46,523 bases of DNA. It comes from a virus. Taxonomy: Duplodnaviria; Caudoviricetes. Positions within the stretch are counted from its first letter, which is position 1. Each line of letters opens with the position of its first letter. The stretch lies in the IMG/VR virus record IMGVR_UViG_3300033145_000317, positions 1 to 46,523 of that record. One strand, 5' to 3'. The notes under the pieces were generated by a model. The model did no database searches, was not told where the DNA came from, and worked only from the letters and a program-made list of their open reading frames with translations. This document shows positions 1 to 10,900 of this stretch, one piece after another. Position numbers and translations under genes: made by a program.

Positions 1-114
1 CAGGTTTTGGGGATCACCCCGAACTTGTTAAGATTTTTGCCAGGATTGATAGGGTAACAAGCGAAGTTAAAACAGTAGACGGGAAGCCAGTAGGCAAGAG
101 TGGCCCCGTTTCAG
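1..114. repeat. Terminal direct repeat, left copy (circular overlap)
   Basis: Bases 1-114 (caggttttggggatcacc...ccccgtttcag) are identical to 46410-46523 and lie inside the scaffold ORF. Confidence 0.97.
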
Positions 115-155
115 CCGCTCAAACGATATACCCTAACCAGGGTAAACAAACTTAG
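1..155 (+). CDS. Capsid scaffolding protein, 3' part (continuation of the ORF starting at 45857)
   Basis: In-frame continuation across the 114-bp overlap; stop TAG at 153-155. Confidence 0.85.
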   Translation, partial: GFGDHPELVKIFARIDRVTSEVKTVDGKPVGKSGPVSAAQTIYPNQGKQT

Positions 156-169
156 AGGAGGATTAAGGT

Positions 170-1168
170 ATGAGTACAGTTGGAACTAATGCATCAACCC
201 TTCAGGATGTTGCCAGTAGAGAAGATCCTAACGGGAAGATTGCGAAGATAGTAGAAATACTACATGACACGAATGAAATTTTAGACGATATGATGTTTGT
301 AGAGTCTAATTTAGCTACAGGTCATAAGACCACAGTACGCTCAGGTTTACCAACACCTACCTGGCGTTTACTTAATTATGGTGTTCAACCTACAAAGAGT
401 AAGACAGTACAAGTTACTGACTCTATTGGTATGTTGGAAGCTTACGCTGAAGTTGATAAGTCTCTTGCAGACCTTAACGGGAATACTGCAGAGTTTAGAC
501 TTTCAGAAGATGTTGCGCATTTAGAAGGTATGAGTCAGCAAATGGCTACTACTGTAATTTATGGTAACACTGCTTCCGATCCTGAAAAGTTTTTAGGACT
601 TGCGCCTAGGTATAATGATCTTTCTGCAGAAAACGCAGCTAACATTATAGACGGAGAAGGTACAGGCTCAGATAATACAAGTATCTGGCTAGTTGTTTGG
701 GGTTCTAATACTATTCATGGTATTTATCCTAAAGGACAAAAAGGTGGATTACATCATGAGGATAAAGGCCAGGTTACTCTTGAAGATTCACAGTCTCCTA
801 CAGGAAAGTACGAAGGCTACCGTACACATTATAAATGGGACGTAGGAATGGTTTTAAGAGATTGGCGTTATGTTGTTAGAATTTGTAACATTGACGTATC
901 TGACTTAACAAAAGATGCTTCAGGTGATAGCGCAGACATTATTGACCTAATGACTCAAGCTCTAGAAATTCCTGACAGTCTTAATCGTGGAAGACCTGTT
1001 TTCTATTGTAACAAAACTATCCGTAGTATGTTACGTAGACAGATTAAGAATAGCAACAATGTTAATATTTCTATGGAAGAAGTCGCAGGAAAAATGGTAG
1101 TAGCTTTTGATGGCGTGCCAGTAAGAAGAGTAGACGCTATTCTAAATACAGAGTCACGTATTACTTAA
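170..1168 (+). CDS. Major capsid protein (BPP-1 Bbp17-like)
   Basis: 332 aa with strong GAGGAGG RBS. HKTTVRSGLPTPTWR, NTSIWLVVWG and GVPVRRVDAILNTE motifs. Lies between scaffold and cement genes. Confidence 0.93.
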   Translation: MSTVGTNASTLQDVASREDPNGKIAKIVEILHDTNEILDDMMFVESNLATGHKTTVRSGLPTPTWRLLNYGVQPTKSKTVQVTDSIGMLEAYAEVDKSLADLNGNTAEFRLSEDVAHLEGMSQQMATTVIYGNTASDPEKFLGLAPRYNDLSAENAANIIDGEGTGSDNTSIWLVVWGSNTIHGIYPKGQKGGLHHEDKGQVTLEDSQSPTGKYEGYRTHYKWDVGMVLRDWRYVVRICNIDVSDLTKDASGDSADIIDLMTQALEIPDSLNRGRPVFYCNKTIRSMLRRQIKNSNNVNISMEEVAGKMVVAFDGVPVRRVDAILNTESRIT

Positions 1169-1222
1169 TTTTAAGAAGGAGTAAGGTTTGTATTGTTCAA
1201 TTAAATTTATAGGAGAAAGAAT

Positions 1223-1627
1223 ATGATAATTGATAAACAAAATCTGTTCAGCGAAGACCAGGCGCTAACTGCCACAGCTAACAGTACCAATGTCATTGAC
1301 CTTGGTAATGATCATGCTAGAAACCAGGCTTTGAATGAAAAAGGTCTTCTAGAAATTATGTGTAGAGTTACTACAGCTTTTGCAGGCGGAACAAGTTTGA
1401 AGGCAGGATTGTATAAAGACGATGCTGTAGGCATGGGTACACAAGCACTAGTAATAGAATCTGCTGTAGTTATTACCGCTTCTTTAGTAGCGGGCTATAG
1501 GTTTACTCTTGGTAAACTTCCTGAGATAGATAAACAGTATTTAAGAATGACTTATACAATAGTAGGTACAATGTCTGCAGGTAAGGTTACTGCAGGATTG
1601 ATACTCCAAGATCAAACAAGTACATAA
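1223..1627 (+). CDS. Capsid cement/decoration protein (Bbp16-like)
   Basis: MIIDKQNLFSEDQALTAT-STNVIDLG start and YLRMTYTIVG...GKVTAGL end; directly after the MCP. Confidence 0.85.
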   Translation: MIIDKQNLFSEDQALTATANSTNVIDLGNDHARNQALNEKGLLEIMCRVTTAFAGGTSLKAGLYKDDAVGMGTQALVIESAVVITASLVAGYRFTLGKLPEIDKQYLRMTYTIVGTMSAGKVTAGLILQDQTST

Positions 1628-1639
1628 GAAAGGGGTTGC

Positions 1640-1924
1640 ATGAAGTACATTTGTAAGAATAAGTGTTATTTCATGGATCGTATTTGGGAGCCAGGGGAAA
1701 CCTTGGCTCTTCCTGAAGGCAAAGAAGCTAACAAGCATTTCAAGCCTTACGATCCTAAGAAAGCTACAGAACAAGAAGATAAGAGCGTAGAAGCAGGCAC
1801 GCTTTTAGATCTTCAAAGAGAAGAAGCGCGAGCTGCTTTGGCTAGCGTAGGACATGGCGTAAAGAAAGCGCCTGAGTTTAATAAGGGCAACATCCAAAAA
1901 GGTGAAGCTGATTTTTTAATGTGA
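1640..1924 (+). CDS. Small head-module protein, possibly a capsid-binding/packaging accessory
   Basis: Short beta-rich N-terminal domain (CKNKCYFMDRIWEPGETL) followed by a charged tail; located in the head operon. Confidence 0.6.
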   Translation: MKYICKNKCYFMDRIWEPGETLALPEGKEANKHFKPYDPKKATEQEDKSVEAGTLLDLQREEARAALASVGHGVKKAPEFNKGNIQKGEADFLM

Positions 1925-1933
1925 AGGAGAGAC

Positions 1934-2083
1934 ATGGAAGAAAACAAAGTGGTAGATTTTAAGATTGAAGATGGGAATCTCATAATTAAAGTAGATCCTA
2001 ATAAAGACGGCGAGAACTTAATTGAGATTAAAGTCAACATGCTTGAAGTACCAGATGAGATTATTTCAGCTATTAAAAAATAA
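1934..2083 (+). CDS. Small 49-aa acidic protein (not in the ORF track)
   Basis: AAGGAG RBS, ATG 1934, TAA 2081-2083. MEENKVVDFKIEDGNLIIKVDPNKDGENLIEIKVNMLEVPDEIISAIKK. Fills the gap exactly. Confidence 0.75.
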   Translation: MEENKVVDFKIEDGNLIIKVDPNKDGENLIEIKVNMLEVPDEIISAIKK

Positions 2084-2086
2084 TTG

Positions 2087-2129
2087 AGTTTTGCCTAGGG
2101 CATTCCTGGGCTTAACTAAGTTATTTTTT
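2087..2129 (+). terminator. Putative intrinsic terminator after the capsid gene block
   Basis: Stem GCCTAGG(2093-2099)/CCTGGGC(2105-2111) with one G-U pair, outer AGTT/AACT, then TTATTTTTT. Confidence 0.55.
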
Positions 2130-2139
2130 GGAGGTGATT

Positions 2140-2724
2140 ATGGCTAGTAAAGTTAAGATATGTAATTTCGCTCTTTCGCATTTAGGAGCTAGACAAATTG
2201 AAAGTCTAACTGACGCAACGAAAGAAGCTAGAAAGTGTAATTTAATATTCGATCAAGTTAGGGACACTGTATTAGAAGACCATGATTGGAGCTTTGCTAG
2301 AAGGCGTGGTACGTTAGCCCTTCTACCAGATACTTATACAGGTTGGGATCTTGCTTATCAATACCCTTCCGATTGTCTTTCTTTTAGAAAAATCTTAGAT
2401 AATTCTACAAGAAGAAAAGTAGAGTTTGAAATGCTAGCAAACGATGATCTAAATAAAAGAATAATATTAACAGACCAAGTTACTGCAGAGGGCGAGTACA
2501 CAGCTAGAGTTACTAATCCTGAAATGTTTTCTGCTTTGTTTGTTTCTGCTTTGTCTTGGAGGTTAGCAGCGGATTTAGCTTACTCCTTAAAAGCAAGTTT
2601 GAAATTAAAAGAAACTATGTTAAATGAATATGTGCAAGTGTTAAGTATTGCTAAAACTAGAAACGCTAATGAGGGCAGAAAACAACCCGAAAATATAAAT
2701 GAATTAACAGAGGCTAGAAAATGA
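2140..2724 (+). CDS. Tail tubular protein A / head-tail adaptor (T7 gp11-like)
   Basis: ICNFALSHLG, HDWSFARRR, YQYPSDCL and FVSALSWRLAADLA motifs. ATG 2140 after GGAGGT is preferred to the track's TTG at 2128. Confidence 0.85.
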   Translation: MASKVKICNFALSHLGARQIESLTDATKEARKCNLIFDQVRDTVLEDHDWSFARRRGTLALLPDTYTGWDLAYQYPSDCLSFRKILDNSTRRKVEFEMLANDDLNKRIILTDQVTAEGEYTARVTNPEMFSALFVSALSWRLAADLAYSLKASLKLKETMLNEYVQVLSIAKTRNANEGRKQPENINELTEARK

Positions 2725-5231
2725 GTACAAGTATATCTCAAAACTCTTTCGCAGGCGGTGAGTGGGCGCCTAGCTTATACGCTAGGACTGATCTTTCTAA
2801 ATACATAACCGCAGTAAGAACGATGAAAAACTTTGTAATTCATCCTCATGGCGGCGCTTCTAATAGAGGCGGGACCGAATTTGTAGGTGAAACTAAAGAC
2901 TCTTCTAAAATTTCCAGGCTTATACCTTTCCAGTTTTCAGTTACTCAAACTTATATGTTAGAGTTTGGTGATTTATATATGAGAGTATATAAAGATAGAG
3001 GCAGAGTAGTAGAAACTGCTAAAACCATAACAGGTGCTACGCAAGCCAATCCTGTAGTTATAACATCTGCAGCGCATGGGTATTCTAACGGCGATTGGGT
3101 TGTGATATACGGCGTAGTCGGTATGACAGAGCTTAATGGCAAGACTTTTGTAGTTAGCAATAAAGCTGCAGGTACTTATGAGTTAAAAGATGTAGACGGT
3201 GTTGACATTGACGGTACGGGCTATGGGGCTTATGTTTCAGGCGGTGAGTCTGAAAAGATTTATGAGCTTACTACAACTTATGCAGAGGCAGATTTAGCTT
3301 TATTAAAATTTACCCAAAGTGCAGATACACTTTATATAACTCACCCTTCTTACCCTGTAAGAAAAATAACTAGAACAGGGCATTCTTCTTGGACTATAGC
3401 AAATATTACTTTCGCTCCTGACATAGCCGCGCCTGCCAGTCCTGCTAATGGAGGCTCAGGAGTAGATTATAGGATAACGGCGGTAAGCGCTACAGGCGAA
3501 GAGTCTTTACCTTCAGCTACAGTAGACGGCGCAGCGGCTAGCGAGACTACTTGGACTGCGGTAGGAGACGCTGAGTATTATAATGTATTTAAAGATGGAA
3601 ATAAGAGTGGCACTTTTGGTTGGATAGGTCAAGCAGATACTAACGCTTTCACGGAGCCTGCGGCTACTATAGATCCTGATTATAGTGTTACCCCTCCTAC
3701 GGCTAACAATCCTTTTAGCGGAGCAGGAGACTACCCAGGAGTAGTTACTTTTTTTGAGCAAAGATTAGTCTTTGCTAGGACTAATAATAATCCTCAAACT
3801 ATTTGGGGGTCTATAGTTGGTAATTTTGAGAACATGAATAAGTCAAAGCCTATTAAAGACGATGACTCTTTTAAGTTTACGATTAACGCTAGACAAGTTA
3901 ATGATATAAAATTTATGGTCCCTTTAAATGAGTTAATTTTAGGAACGCCTGGAAGTGAATGGAAGATGAACTCAGGCGGTAACTCAGATGCAGTTACTCC
4001 TACAAGTGTTAGCTTAAAAATGCAGAGTGAATGGGGTACATCGGATTTACAACCTGTAGTTATTGGTAATATAGTTTTATATATTGAGAGATCGGGAGAT
4101 GTAGTAAGAGATTTTAGTTATAGCTTTGATGTTGATAACTATAAAGGTAATGACTTAACCATTCTTGCTAAACATTTATTTAAAGGATATACTATAGACG
4201 ATTGGGCTTATCAACAACATCCTGACTCTATTATATGGTGCGTGCGAAGTGATGGCACTTTATTAGGACTTACTTATTATAAGGATCACGATGTTATTGG
4301 CTGGCATCAACATGATACACAAGGTCTTTTTAAATCTATAGCTAGCATACCTACTTCTACTGAAGAAGATGAGCTGTATGTAATAGTAGAGAGAACTATA
4401 AATAGTGTAACTAGGAAGTATGTAGAAATATTTAAAAATCGTTTACCTCTTAGCGATGTTAACACTAGAGACGTGCAAGACTCCTATTTCGTAGATAGCG
4501 GTCTTTCTTTAGACAATCCTTCAACTATATCAGGGGCTACTAAAGCGGACCCTGTAGTGGTTACCGACACAGCTCACGGCTATTCAGATGGAGACTACAT
4601 AGATATAAATGAAGTCTCAGGAATGACAGAGATTAATAATAAAAGATTTAAAGTAGCAAATAAAACTGCTAATACATATGAGCTTACTGATTTAGACGAT
4701 GTTGATATTGATGGCACAGGGTACACAGCTTATACTTCGGGAGGTAAGTCTAGAGAAGCATTTACAACTATATCAGGTTTAAGTCATTTAGAAGGTAAAA
4801 CCGTAGCGATACTAGCTAATGGAAATGTGGTGTCTAATAAAGTAGTAACTAGTGGGGCTATAACTTTGGATAATAGAGCCTCAAGAATACATATAGGTCT
4901 AGGATATACTCCTCAAATAGAAACTTTAGATTATGAATTAGTAACAGAGACAGGTACTTCTCAAGACAAGATTAGAGATATTAATTCTGTAGTAATGCGC
5001 TTAGAAAATACTAGGGCTATATGGATAGGACCGGATGAGGATAATTTAGATGAGTTTCCTTTTAGGTCAGAAGAAGATTATAGCGCCCCTATAAGTTTAT
5101 TTACAGGAGACAAAGAAAAAGCTATAGAGCCAGGCGAAGGAAGAGCAGGACGTTTATTTATAGAAAACCCCGATCCTGTACCTACAACTATATTAGCGTT
5201 ATTTGTGAGGTTTGACAGTGGAGAATACTAA
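2721..5231 (+). CDS. Tail tubular protein B / nozzle (T7 gp12-like) with two inserted FCCH-like beta domains
   Basis: SFAGGEWAPSLYAR, YPGVVTFFEQRL and IWCVRSDGTL...GWHQH motifs. Two similar ~73-aa inserts at 3027-3245 and 4527-4745. Confidence 0.88.
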   Translation: MSTSISQNSFAGGEWAPSLYARTDLSKYITAVRTMKNFVIHPHGGASNRGGTEFVGETKDSSKISRLIPFQFSVTQTYMLEFGDLYMRVYKDRGRVVETAKTITGATQANPVVITSAAHGYSNGDWVVIYGVVGMTELNGKTFVVSNKAAGTYELKDVDGVDIDGTGYGAYVSGGESEKIYELTTTYAEADLALLKFTQSADTLYITHPSYPVRKITRTGHSSWTIANITFAPDIAAPASPANGGSGVDYRITAVSATGEESLPSATVDGAAASETTWTAVGDAEYYNVFKDGNKSGTFGWIGQADTNAFTEPAATIDPDYSVTPPTANNPFSGAGDYPGVVTFFEQRLVFARTNNNPQTIWGSIVGNFENMNKSKPIKDDDSFKFTINARQVNDIKFMVPLNELILGTPGSEWKMNSGGNSDAVTPTSVSLKMQSEWGTSDLQPVVIGNIVLYIERSGDVVRDFSYSFDVDNYKGNDLTILAKHLFKGYTIDDWAYQQHPDSIIWCVRSDGTLLGLTYYKDHDVIGWHQHDTQGLFKSIASIPTSTEEDELYVIVERTINSVTRKYVEIFKNRLPLSDVNTRDVQDSYFVDSGLSLDNPSTISGATKADPVVVTDTAHGYSDGDYIDINEVSGMTEINNKRFKVANKTANTYELTDLDDVDIDGTGYTAYTSGGKSREAFTTISGLSHLEGKTVAILANGNVVSNKVVTSGAITLDNRASRIHIGLGYTPQIETLDYELVTETGTSQDKIRDINSVVMRLENTRAIWIGPDEDNLDEFPFRSEEDYSAPISLFTGDKEKAIEPGEGRAGRLFIENPDPVPTTILALFVRFDSGEY

Positions 5232-5700
5232 AGTAGTAAAAGCTACTAAAGATTTAGTAGAGACTATGATAGGCAATCTTAGAGAAGAAGATAATAAAGA
5301 GTGTTTAGACTCTACAGGGCGCACCGCAGATATAGAACTTATGAATGGTTTTCATTTTTCTGAGAAGTGTTGGGTAGGGCTAGTAGAAGGAGAAGCGTTT
5401 TGTTGTTTTGGGGTAACTGAGTCAGAGCAAATAAGTAAAATAGGTGTGCCTTGGATGTTAGCTACTAATACTATAAAAATAAAAAAAGCTAAAATACTTG
5501 TAAGACAAGTTAGTAAAATTTATGTACGTAATATGATGATTGGTTTTCAAAAATTAGAAAATTGGGTTTCTATAGATAATAAGATATCTATAGAATGGTT
5601 AGAATGGTGCGGATTTAATTTAGAAAAACCTATGCCTTATGGAAGAGAACAGAAATTATTTCATAGGTTTTGGATGACAAAGAATAAGAAGGAGGCGTAA
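5212..5700 (+). CDS. T7 gp13-like / GNAT-like virion assembly protein
   Basis: LREEDNKEC, GVPWML and LENWVSIDNKISIEWLEWCGF motifs; follows tail tube B. Confidence 0.7.
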   Translation: MTVENTKVVKATKDLVETMIGNLREEDNKECLDSTGRTADIELMNGFHFSEKCWVGLVEGEAFCCFGVTESEQISKIGVPWMLATNTIKIKKAKILVRQVSKIYVRNMMIGFQKLENWVSIDNKISIEWLEWCGFNLEKPMPYGREQKLFHRFWMTKNKKEA

Positions 5701-5701
5701 T

Positions 5702-6217
5702 ATGTGTAGTCCTGTAGCAGTAGCAGCGGTAGGTTTAGGCTCTCTTATGGGCGCGGAAGCGGCTAGAGAGGAAGCTACAGCTAGGAATAAAGCACTTAGG
5801 TATAACGCTTTTACAAAAGAAAAAGAAGCTCAATATGCAGAGGTACAAGCAGGTCAAGCTAAAAAGAGAGGCGTGATAGAAGAGCGTCAATTTAGGAGAA
5901 GAATAGAGGGGCTAAAAGGGACTCAGAGAGCAGCTTTTGGGGCTTCTGGAGTTGTAGTAGATGAAGGTAGCGCATTAGATGTGCTACAAGATACTGCAGA
6001 GTTTGGCGAGATTGATGCTTTAACAATAAGGCGTAATGCAGAGATAGAAGCTTTTGGTTTTGATTTTAGAGCAACACAATTACGAAGAGAGAAGAGCTTA
6101 CTACTTCAACAAAAAAGAGATCCTGGCAAAGCATATATGCAATCTTTATTATCTAGTGGTAGCCAGGTAGGAGCTAATTATGCTATTGCATCTTCTGGCA
6201 GTAAAAGCGGGGGTTAA
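5702..6217 (+). CDS. Internal virion (ejection) protein, gp14-like
   Basis: MCSP start with hydrophobic N-terminus; GTQRAAFGASGVVVDEGSALDV motif; gene order. Confidence 0.75.
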   Translation: MCSPVAVAAVGLGSLMGAEAAREEATARNKALRYNAFTKEKEAQYAEVQAGQAKKRGVIEERQFRRRIEGLKGTQRAAFGASGVVVDEGSALDVLQDTAEFGEIDALTIRRNAEIEAFGFDFRATQLRREKSLLLQQKRDPGKAYMQSLLSSGSQVGANYAIASSGSKSGG

Positions 6218-6219
6218 TT

Positions 6220-7917
6220 ATGGCGAAAGTACCTACTATTAAAACTGGTCAAGTTAAGGCGCAGATAGCGCCTAATGTATCTTTTGAAAGGCAGGTATCT
6301 TTAGATACTTTTGTTAGTGAAGACACTATTTTAAAAAAAGCTGTGTCTTCTGCTTTGTTAAGAGTAGGCGATGCAGCTACAAGAGCAGCGTTAAGGAATA
6401 ATAAGATAATTAAAGATAGAAGCGAAAGAGCTACAGCTACAGAAGCATTTAGCGGGTTTAATGATGAGCTAAGAAAATATCATTACGGAGAACTCTCTAA
6501 AAAGAGAGGCGATACTAAAGGCGCTTATGATAATTCTATAGGTCAAATTGAAGAGTTTAGAAAAATTCATTCTAAAGGGCTTAATGAAAACGAGAGAAGG
6601 TACTTTGATGCTGCTGTGAATAATGCAGGGGAACGCACAAAGGATAGTCTTATGGGACACGAGACTAGAGAAACTTTGGCTTGGAGTAGGGAAATGAGAG
6701 ACGCATACAGCCATGATCTTACTGAAGATGCGATATTATATCCTGATAGGGTAGAAGAATTTGAAGGTTTGATTTTAGTAAACACTAAAGCAAATCTTAA
6801 AGGAGCAGATCCTAAGACTTTAAAGCAAGCTAGTGAAACTGCTACAGATGGCTTGTATAGTGCTGTGCTTAAATCTAAGATGCAAGATCCTAAAGACGCT
6901 CAAGTTTTTTTAGATGCTAATTGGAAAAAATTTGAGCCTTCTACAAGAGTAGAGAAAAAAGCAGAAATAAAAGAAATGGCTAGACAACAAGAAGTAAGCG
7001 AATTTGTTTTGGGTGCACAGCCTCTTCCTTTAGATGAGCAATACGCTTTAGCAGAAAAGGAATTTGCTAAAGATGCAGAAAGCTTGAAAGAAGCTAATGC
7101 AGAAATTAAAGCTAAATTTAGTAGGAAAGAGTCCCTAAAAATTTTAGCCGAAGATGAAAAAGTAGAAAGTGAAGCTGATAAAATAGCTAAAGATCCTTTA
7201 GCTTATCCTGGTGTACCACATGGCGAGTTTTCTTTTAAAAGACAAAAAGAATTAGAGCGTTATGCTAAAACAGAGAAAGACGCTAAAGCAGGAATAGACG
7301 CAAGAACAGATTGGGTTTTATACTCCGATCTTAAAGATAAATTAGCTAGAGGTGATAAAGTAAATCCTAGAGAGTTTAGAGATAAATTAGCTTCTACTGA
7401 ATATAAAGAAATAGATAAATTAGCTAGAGGTAAAGTAAAACCTGATTTTAGAATTGTTACGCCTTATCAACAAGCTAAGACTGCAGTAAAAGACGCTAAG
7501 AGATTTAAAGGAGAAGAAGGCGGTCAAAGACTAAACAGGCTTCTAGGTGGGCTAAACGAAAGAATAAAAGATATTCCTCCTAATGAAGTTACTACCGAAG
7601 TTATAAATGATATTTTATATAAAGATTTATTAGCACCCGTAGATTATGGCTTTTGGGGTACTGATATACATAGGTTTGAGATACCTTTTATCGAAGACGA
7701 AAACTTAAGAACAAAAACAGCTTTAGATAAAGATAATATCCCTGAGCCTTTAAAGGACGCAATAGAAGGCCAAAACAAGACGTTAGACGATGTACAATAC
7801 GACTTAGCATCTGGGGACTATTACACTGATAGTTTAGGAAAAAGAGAGGTCTATGATCAATTTGGTAATTTTAGGTTTGAAGTACAGCTTAACGACTTTC
7901 AGTTTGGTAAGAGGTAA
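6220..7917 (+). CDS. Internal virion (ejection) protein, gp15-like
   Basis: 565 aa, predicted helical and charged; lies between the gp14-like gene and the giant gene. Confidence 0.6.
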   Translation: MAKVPTIKTGQVKAQIAPNVSFERQVSLDTFVSEDTILKKAVSSALLRVGDAATRAALRNNKIIKDRSERATATEAFSGFNDELRKYHYGELSKKRGDTKGAYDNSIGQIEEFRKIHSKGLNENERRYFDAAVNNAGERTKDSLMGHETRETLAWSREMRDAYSHDLTEDAILYPDRVEEFEGLILVNTKANLKGADPKTLKQASETATDGLYSAVLKSKMQDPKDAQVFLDANWKKFEPSTRVEKKAEIKEMARQQEVSEFVLGAQPLPLDEQYALAEKEFAKDAESLKEANAEIKAKFSRKESLKILAEDEKVESEADKIAKDPLAYPGVPHGEFSFKRQKELERYAKTEKDAKAGIDARTDWVLYSDLKDKLARGDKVNPREFRDKLASTEYKEIDKLARGKVKPDFRIVTPYQQAKTAVKDAKRFKGEEGGQRLNRLLGGLNERIKDIPPNEVTTEVINDILYKDLLAPVDYGFWGTDIHRFEIPFIEDENLRTKTALDKDNIPEPLKDAIEGQNKTLDDVQYDLASGDYYTDSLGKREVYDQFGNFRFEVQLNDFQFGKR

Positions 7918-7923
7918 ACATAT

Positions 7924-10900
7924 ATGCCCGATTATAGTAAACATCCTTTAGTACCGGAAGGCGCTAGGATCTTAAACACGCAAGAAGAAGAGAAAGAAGC
8001 TACCGAGAAAAATAGACATCCTTTAAATCAAGAGCCTGGTAAGAAAGAAGTTTCACCGCCTTACGTGCCTGAGATATTGAGAGGTACGCCTTACGAAAAA
8101 GAAGCTGATAAAATTACAGAGTTGCTTTATAAAAAAGGAAACGAAGGTTTTGATACTTCTGTTAGTATTGATAAAGGCAGAGTAGAGCACTCTCTTAGAA
8201 CTTTCTTTGATACGCCTGCGCCTGTAGCTGCTAAAGTGCAAAGAATAGCTAATGAGAAAGGCATGCCCTTTGACGCTATACTAAGAGGTAAAGAAAATTG
8301 GGAGGAATGGGACGAAGCTGCTAAAGTATACGAACAACTTTTTGAAGTCGAAAGCGATGTTTACCCGCCTGCTAGAAAAGATAATGAAGGTGTTAGCTCA
8401 ATAGAAGATTTAGAGCATAAACAATATAAATTTCCAGGTACAGTTAATTGGCTTAGAGATCCTGCTAAAATGGCAGCGTCTAAAGATAGTTTAGAGTCTT
8501 TAACTTTCGCAGAGAATTTATATAAAAGTTATCATGCCCCTTTTAGCGAGAAAGCTGCTATTTATTTACTGAATGGTTATAAAGGAATGGTGCATAGTTT
8601 AGGATCTGTAATAGAGTTTCAAAAAGAAAGGCAAGAAGCAGAAAGAATTAAGAGCGGAGACATATTAACTGAGATACCTAAAGAACAACAAAAAAGAGTT
8701 AAGAATATATTTGGCGCTTTGCAACCTTCCTTTAGAGCTATGGCAGCGCATCAAGAATATTTAGGCGAAGACATAAGAACTAGTGAAGCTTTAAAGCAAG
8801 TACAGTTGGAAAACTTATCAGGTGTTGAGCAATTAGCATTAGATTTTATATCTACTATTCCATTAACAGGTACAGCCTTAGCTCTTGGAGCTATAACTAC
8901 TCCCGCCGTAGGCGCAGCTTTTGTTTTTGGTCATATATATAATGCTACTTATACAGATTTAAGACTTAATGGTGTAAGCCACGAAAGAGCTACTATAGCC
9001 TCTGTAGGTAACGCTGCGGCTCAGTCTGCTTTAGAATTAGTACCTATACTTCTTTTTGCTAAAGCTTTAAAAACACCAGGATTTAAAAAATCAATATCTA
9101 GATTTGTTTTAGAATTTGGTCCTGCAGAGTTTTTAACTGAAACTGTACAAGCTTTCCCTGAAGAAGCAGCTAGAGTTTTTGGCGAAGGTGAGTTAAAAGG
9201 ACTGACAGCTAAAGAGCAGTTATCCTTATTCGCACAGCGCATACCCGAAACATTAAGACAAGGAGTCAAAGAAGGCTTGACAGTCTTACCTTATGCGGGT
9301 TTTGGTATTGGTGTTAAACTTATGTCCAGTATGGCTAATGTAAGGAAGTATGAGCAAGATAGAGAGATATATGACGAACATATACCCTCTGCAGACTCTT
9401 CTAAAATAAATGAAAGATCGCCTGAATTATATGAAGATCATGGCAGGAATATGATAGAAAGTTTAGGCGCTGCAGCTAATTTTTATTTAGGTACAGACGC
9501 TTTAGAAGTTTTCTATCAAGACTCTAAGAAAGTAGATAAAGCTGCTAGAGAGTTAGGTATAGAAAGCCAATTAGAAGAAGCTAGAGAAACAGGAAGAGAT
9601 TTAGAAATACCTAGAGAAAAATGGGTAGCTTGGGTTAAAGCTAATCCTGAAGTAGAAGCTGCAGTAAAAGACGATATACGCTTTAATGTAAATGGACCTA
9701 ATAAAAAAGATTTAGCAAATATAAAAGAAGAGATGCAGGAAATTGTAGACGCTAAGAAAGAAGAATTAGATAAAGCTACAATAGGCGCTTATACTCCTAA
9801 ATTATTTGAAGCTTGGAGAGAGCAGTTAATTACTCCTAAAAAAGAAGGAGGCGCAGGGTTTAGCGCCGAACTAGCCGAGTCTGAAATAACTATAGCTAGC
9901 GCTATCGTAGCTAGGTTAACAGATGCACATAACGCTACTTTACCTGTTAATGAGCAGATAGATGCAGATGAATATCTAAAACGCTTTCCAGTTAATTTAG
10001 GAATAAAAGAGAAATTTGTACCTAGACCTGCTCAAGAAATACAAGCTGATATTGACGGTAAAGGATTAACCGCTGAGCAAATAATAGATAGAGAAGTAGA
10101 AGCTTTAGCTGAAGAAGTTAGAACAGCCGAAGTCGAAGGCGGTTTATTAAAGGAAGAGAAAGTAAGTGAAACAGCGGGTAGAACTACAGAAGTTAGAGGA
10201 AGATTTAGAGCTAGTACATTTCCTAAAGGTTTTAAAGATATAGGCGTAAGTAAAAAAGACTTTGCTAGTGTTGCAGCTAGCAAAAAAGGTCCTAGATATG
10301 AAAGAATAAAAGCTGCAGCTATTGAGAGATTGAAAGAAGCTTATGGTACTGGAAGAGTAAAAGCAGACAAAGCTTTTTTAGAAGCTATAGATGTAAAAGA
10401 AGACGATATAAAATTTCAAAGACAAAGAATAGAACAAAGTCCTTTAGGCTTCTTTTCTCAATTACAAGAGACTGTAGAAAGTTTTGATTTTAAAAACATA
10501 CCTAGTAAAGATTTAGCTAATAGAATTACAAAAGCACCAGGAATAAAAAAGGAAGAGTTAGAACAAACTGAAGTTATTAGCTGGCTAGAGTTACAAGATA
10601 GGAAAGTTAGTAAAGAGGAAGTAATAGAATTTTTAAAAGAAGGCGGGGTACAGTTAGAGGAAGTTGTTAGAGAAGAAGGTGTGGTAGATATTGAAGACGA
10701 AAATTTAAAAGAAAGATTTTTAGAACATGAAAAAAGTAACTTTGACGTAGTGCCAGGAGAGGAAATTAAAGAAGAAGATATACCTGACGGTAACTTTGTT
10801 GTAGTAGATGCGAGCGGAGAGATAAGAAGAGATTTTGGCGGCGACTTCGTATTTTATACTAGTGAAGAAGAAGCGATAGACCAAATTGAGTTTGACATAA

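Noticed and set aside
1-114. Biological terminal repeat (T7-type DTR)
   Set aside because: The repeat falls in the middle of the scaffold ORF. It is more simply an assembly overlap of a circular or permuted genome.
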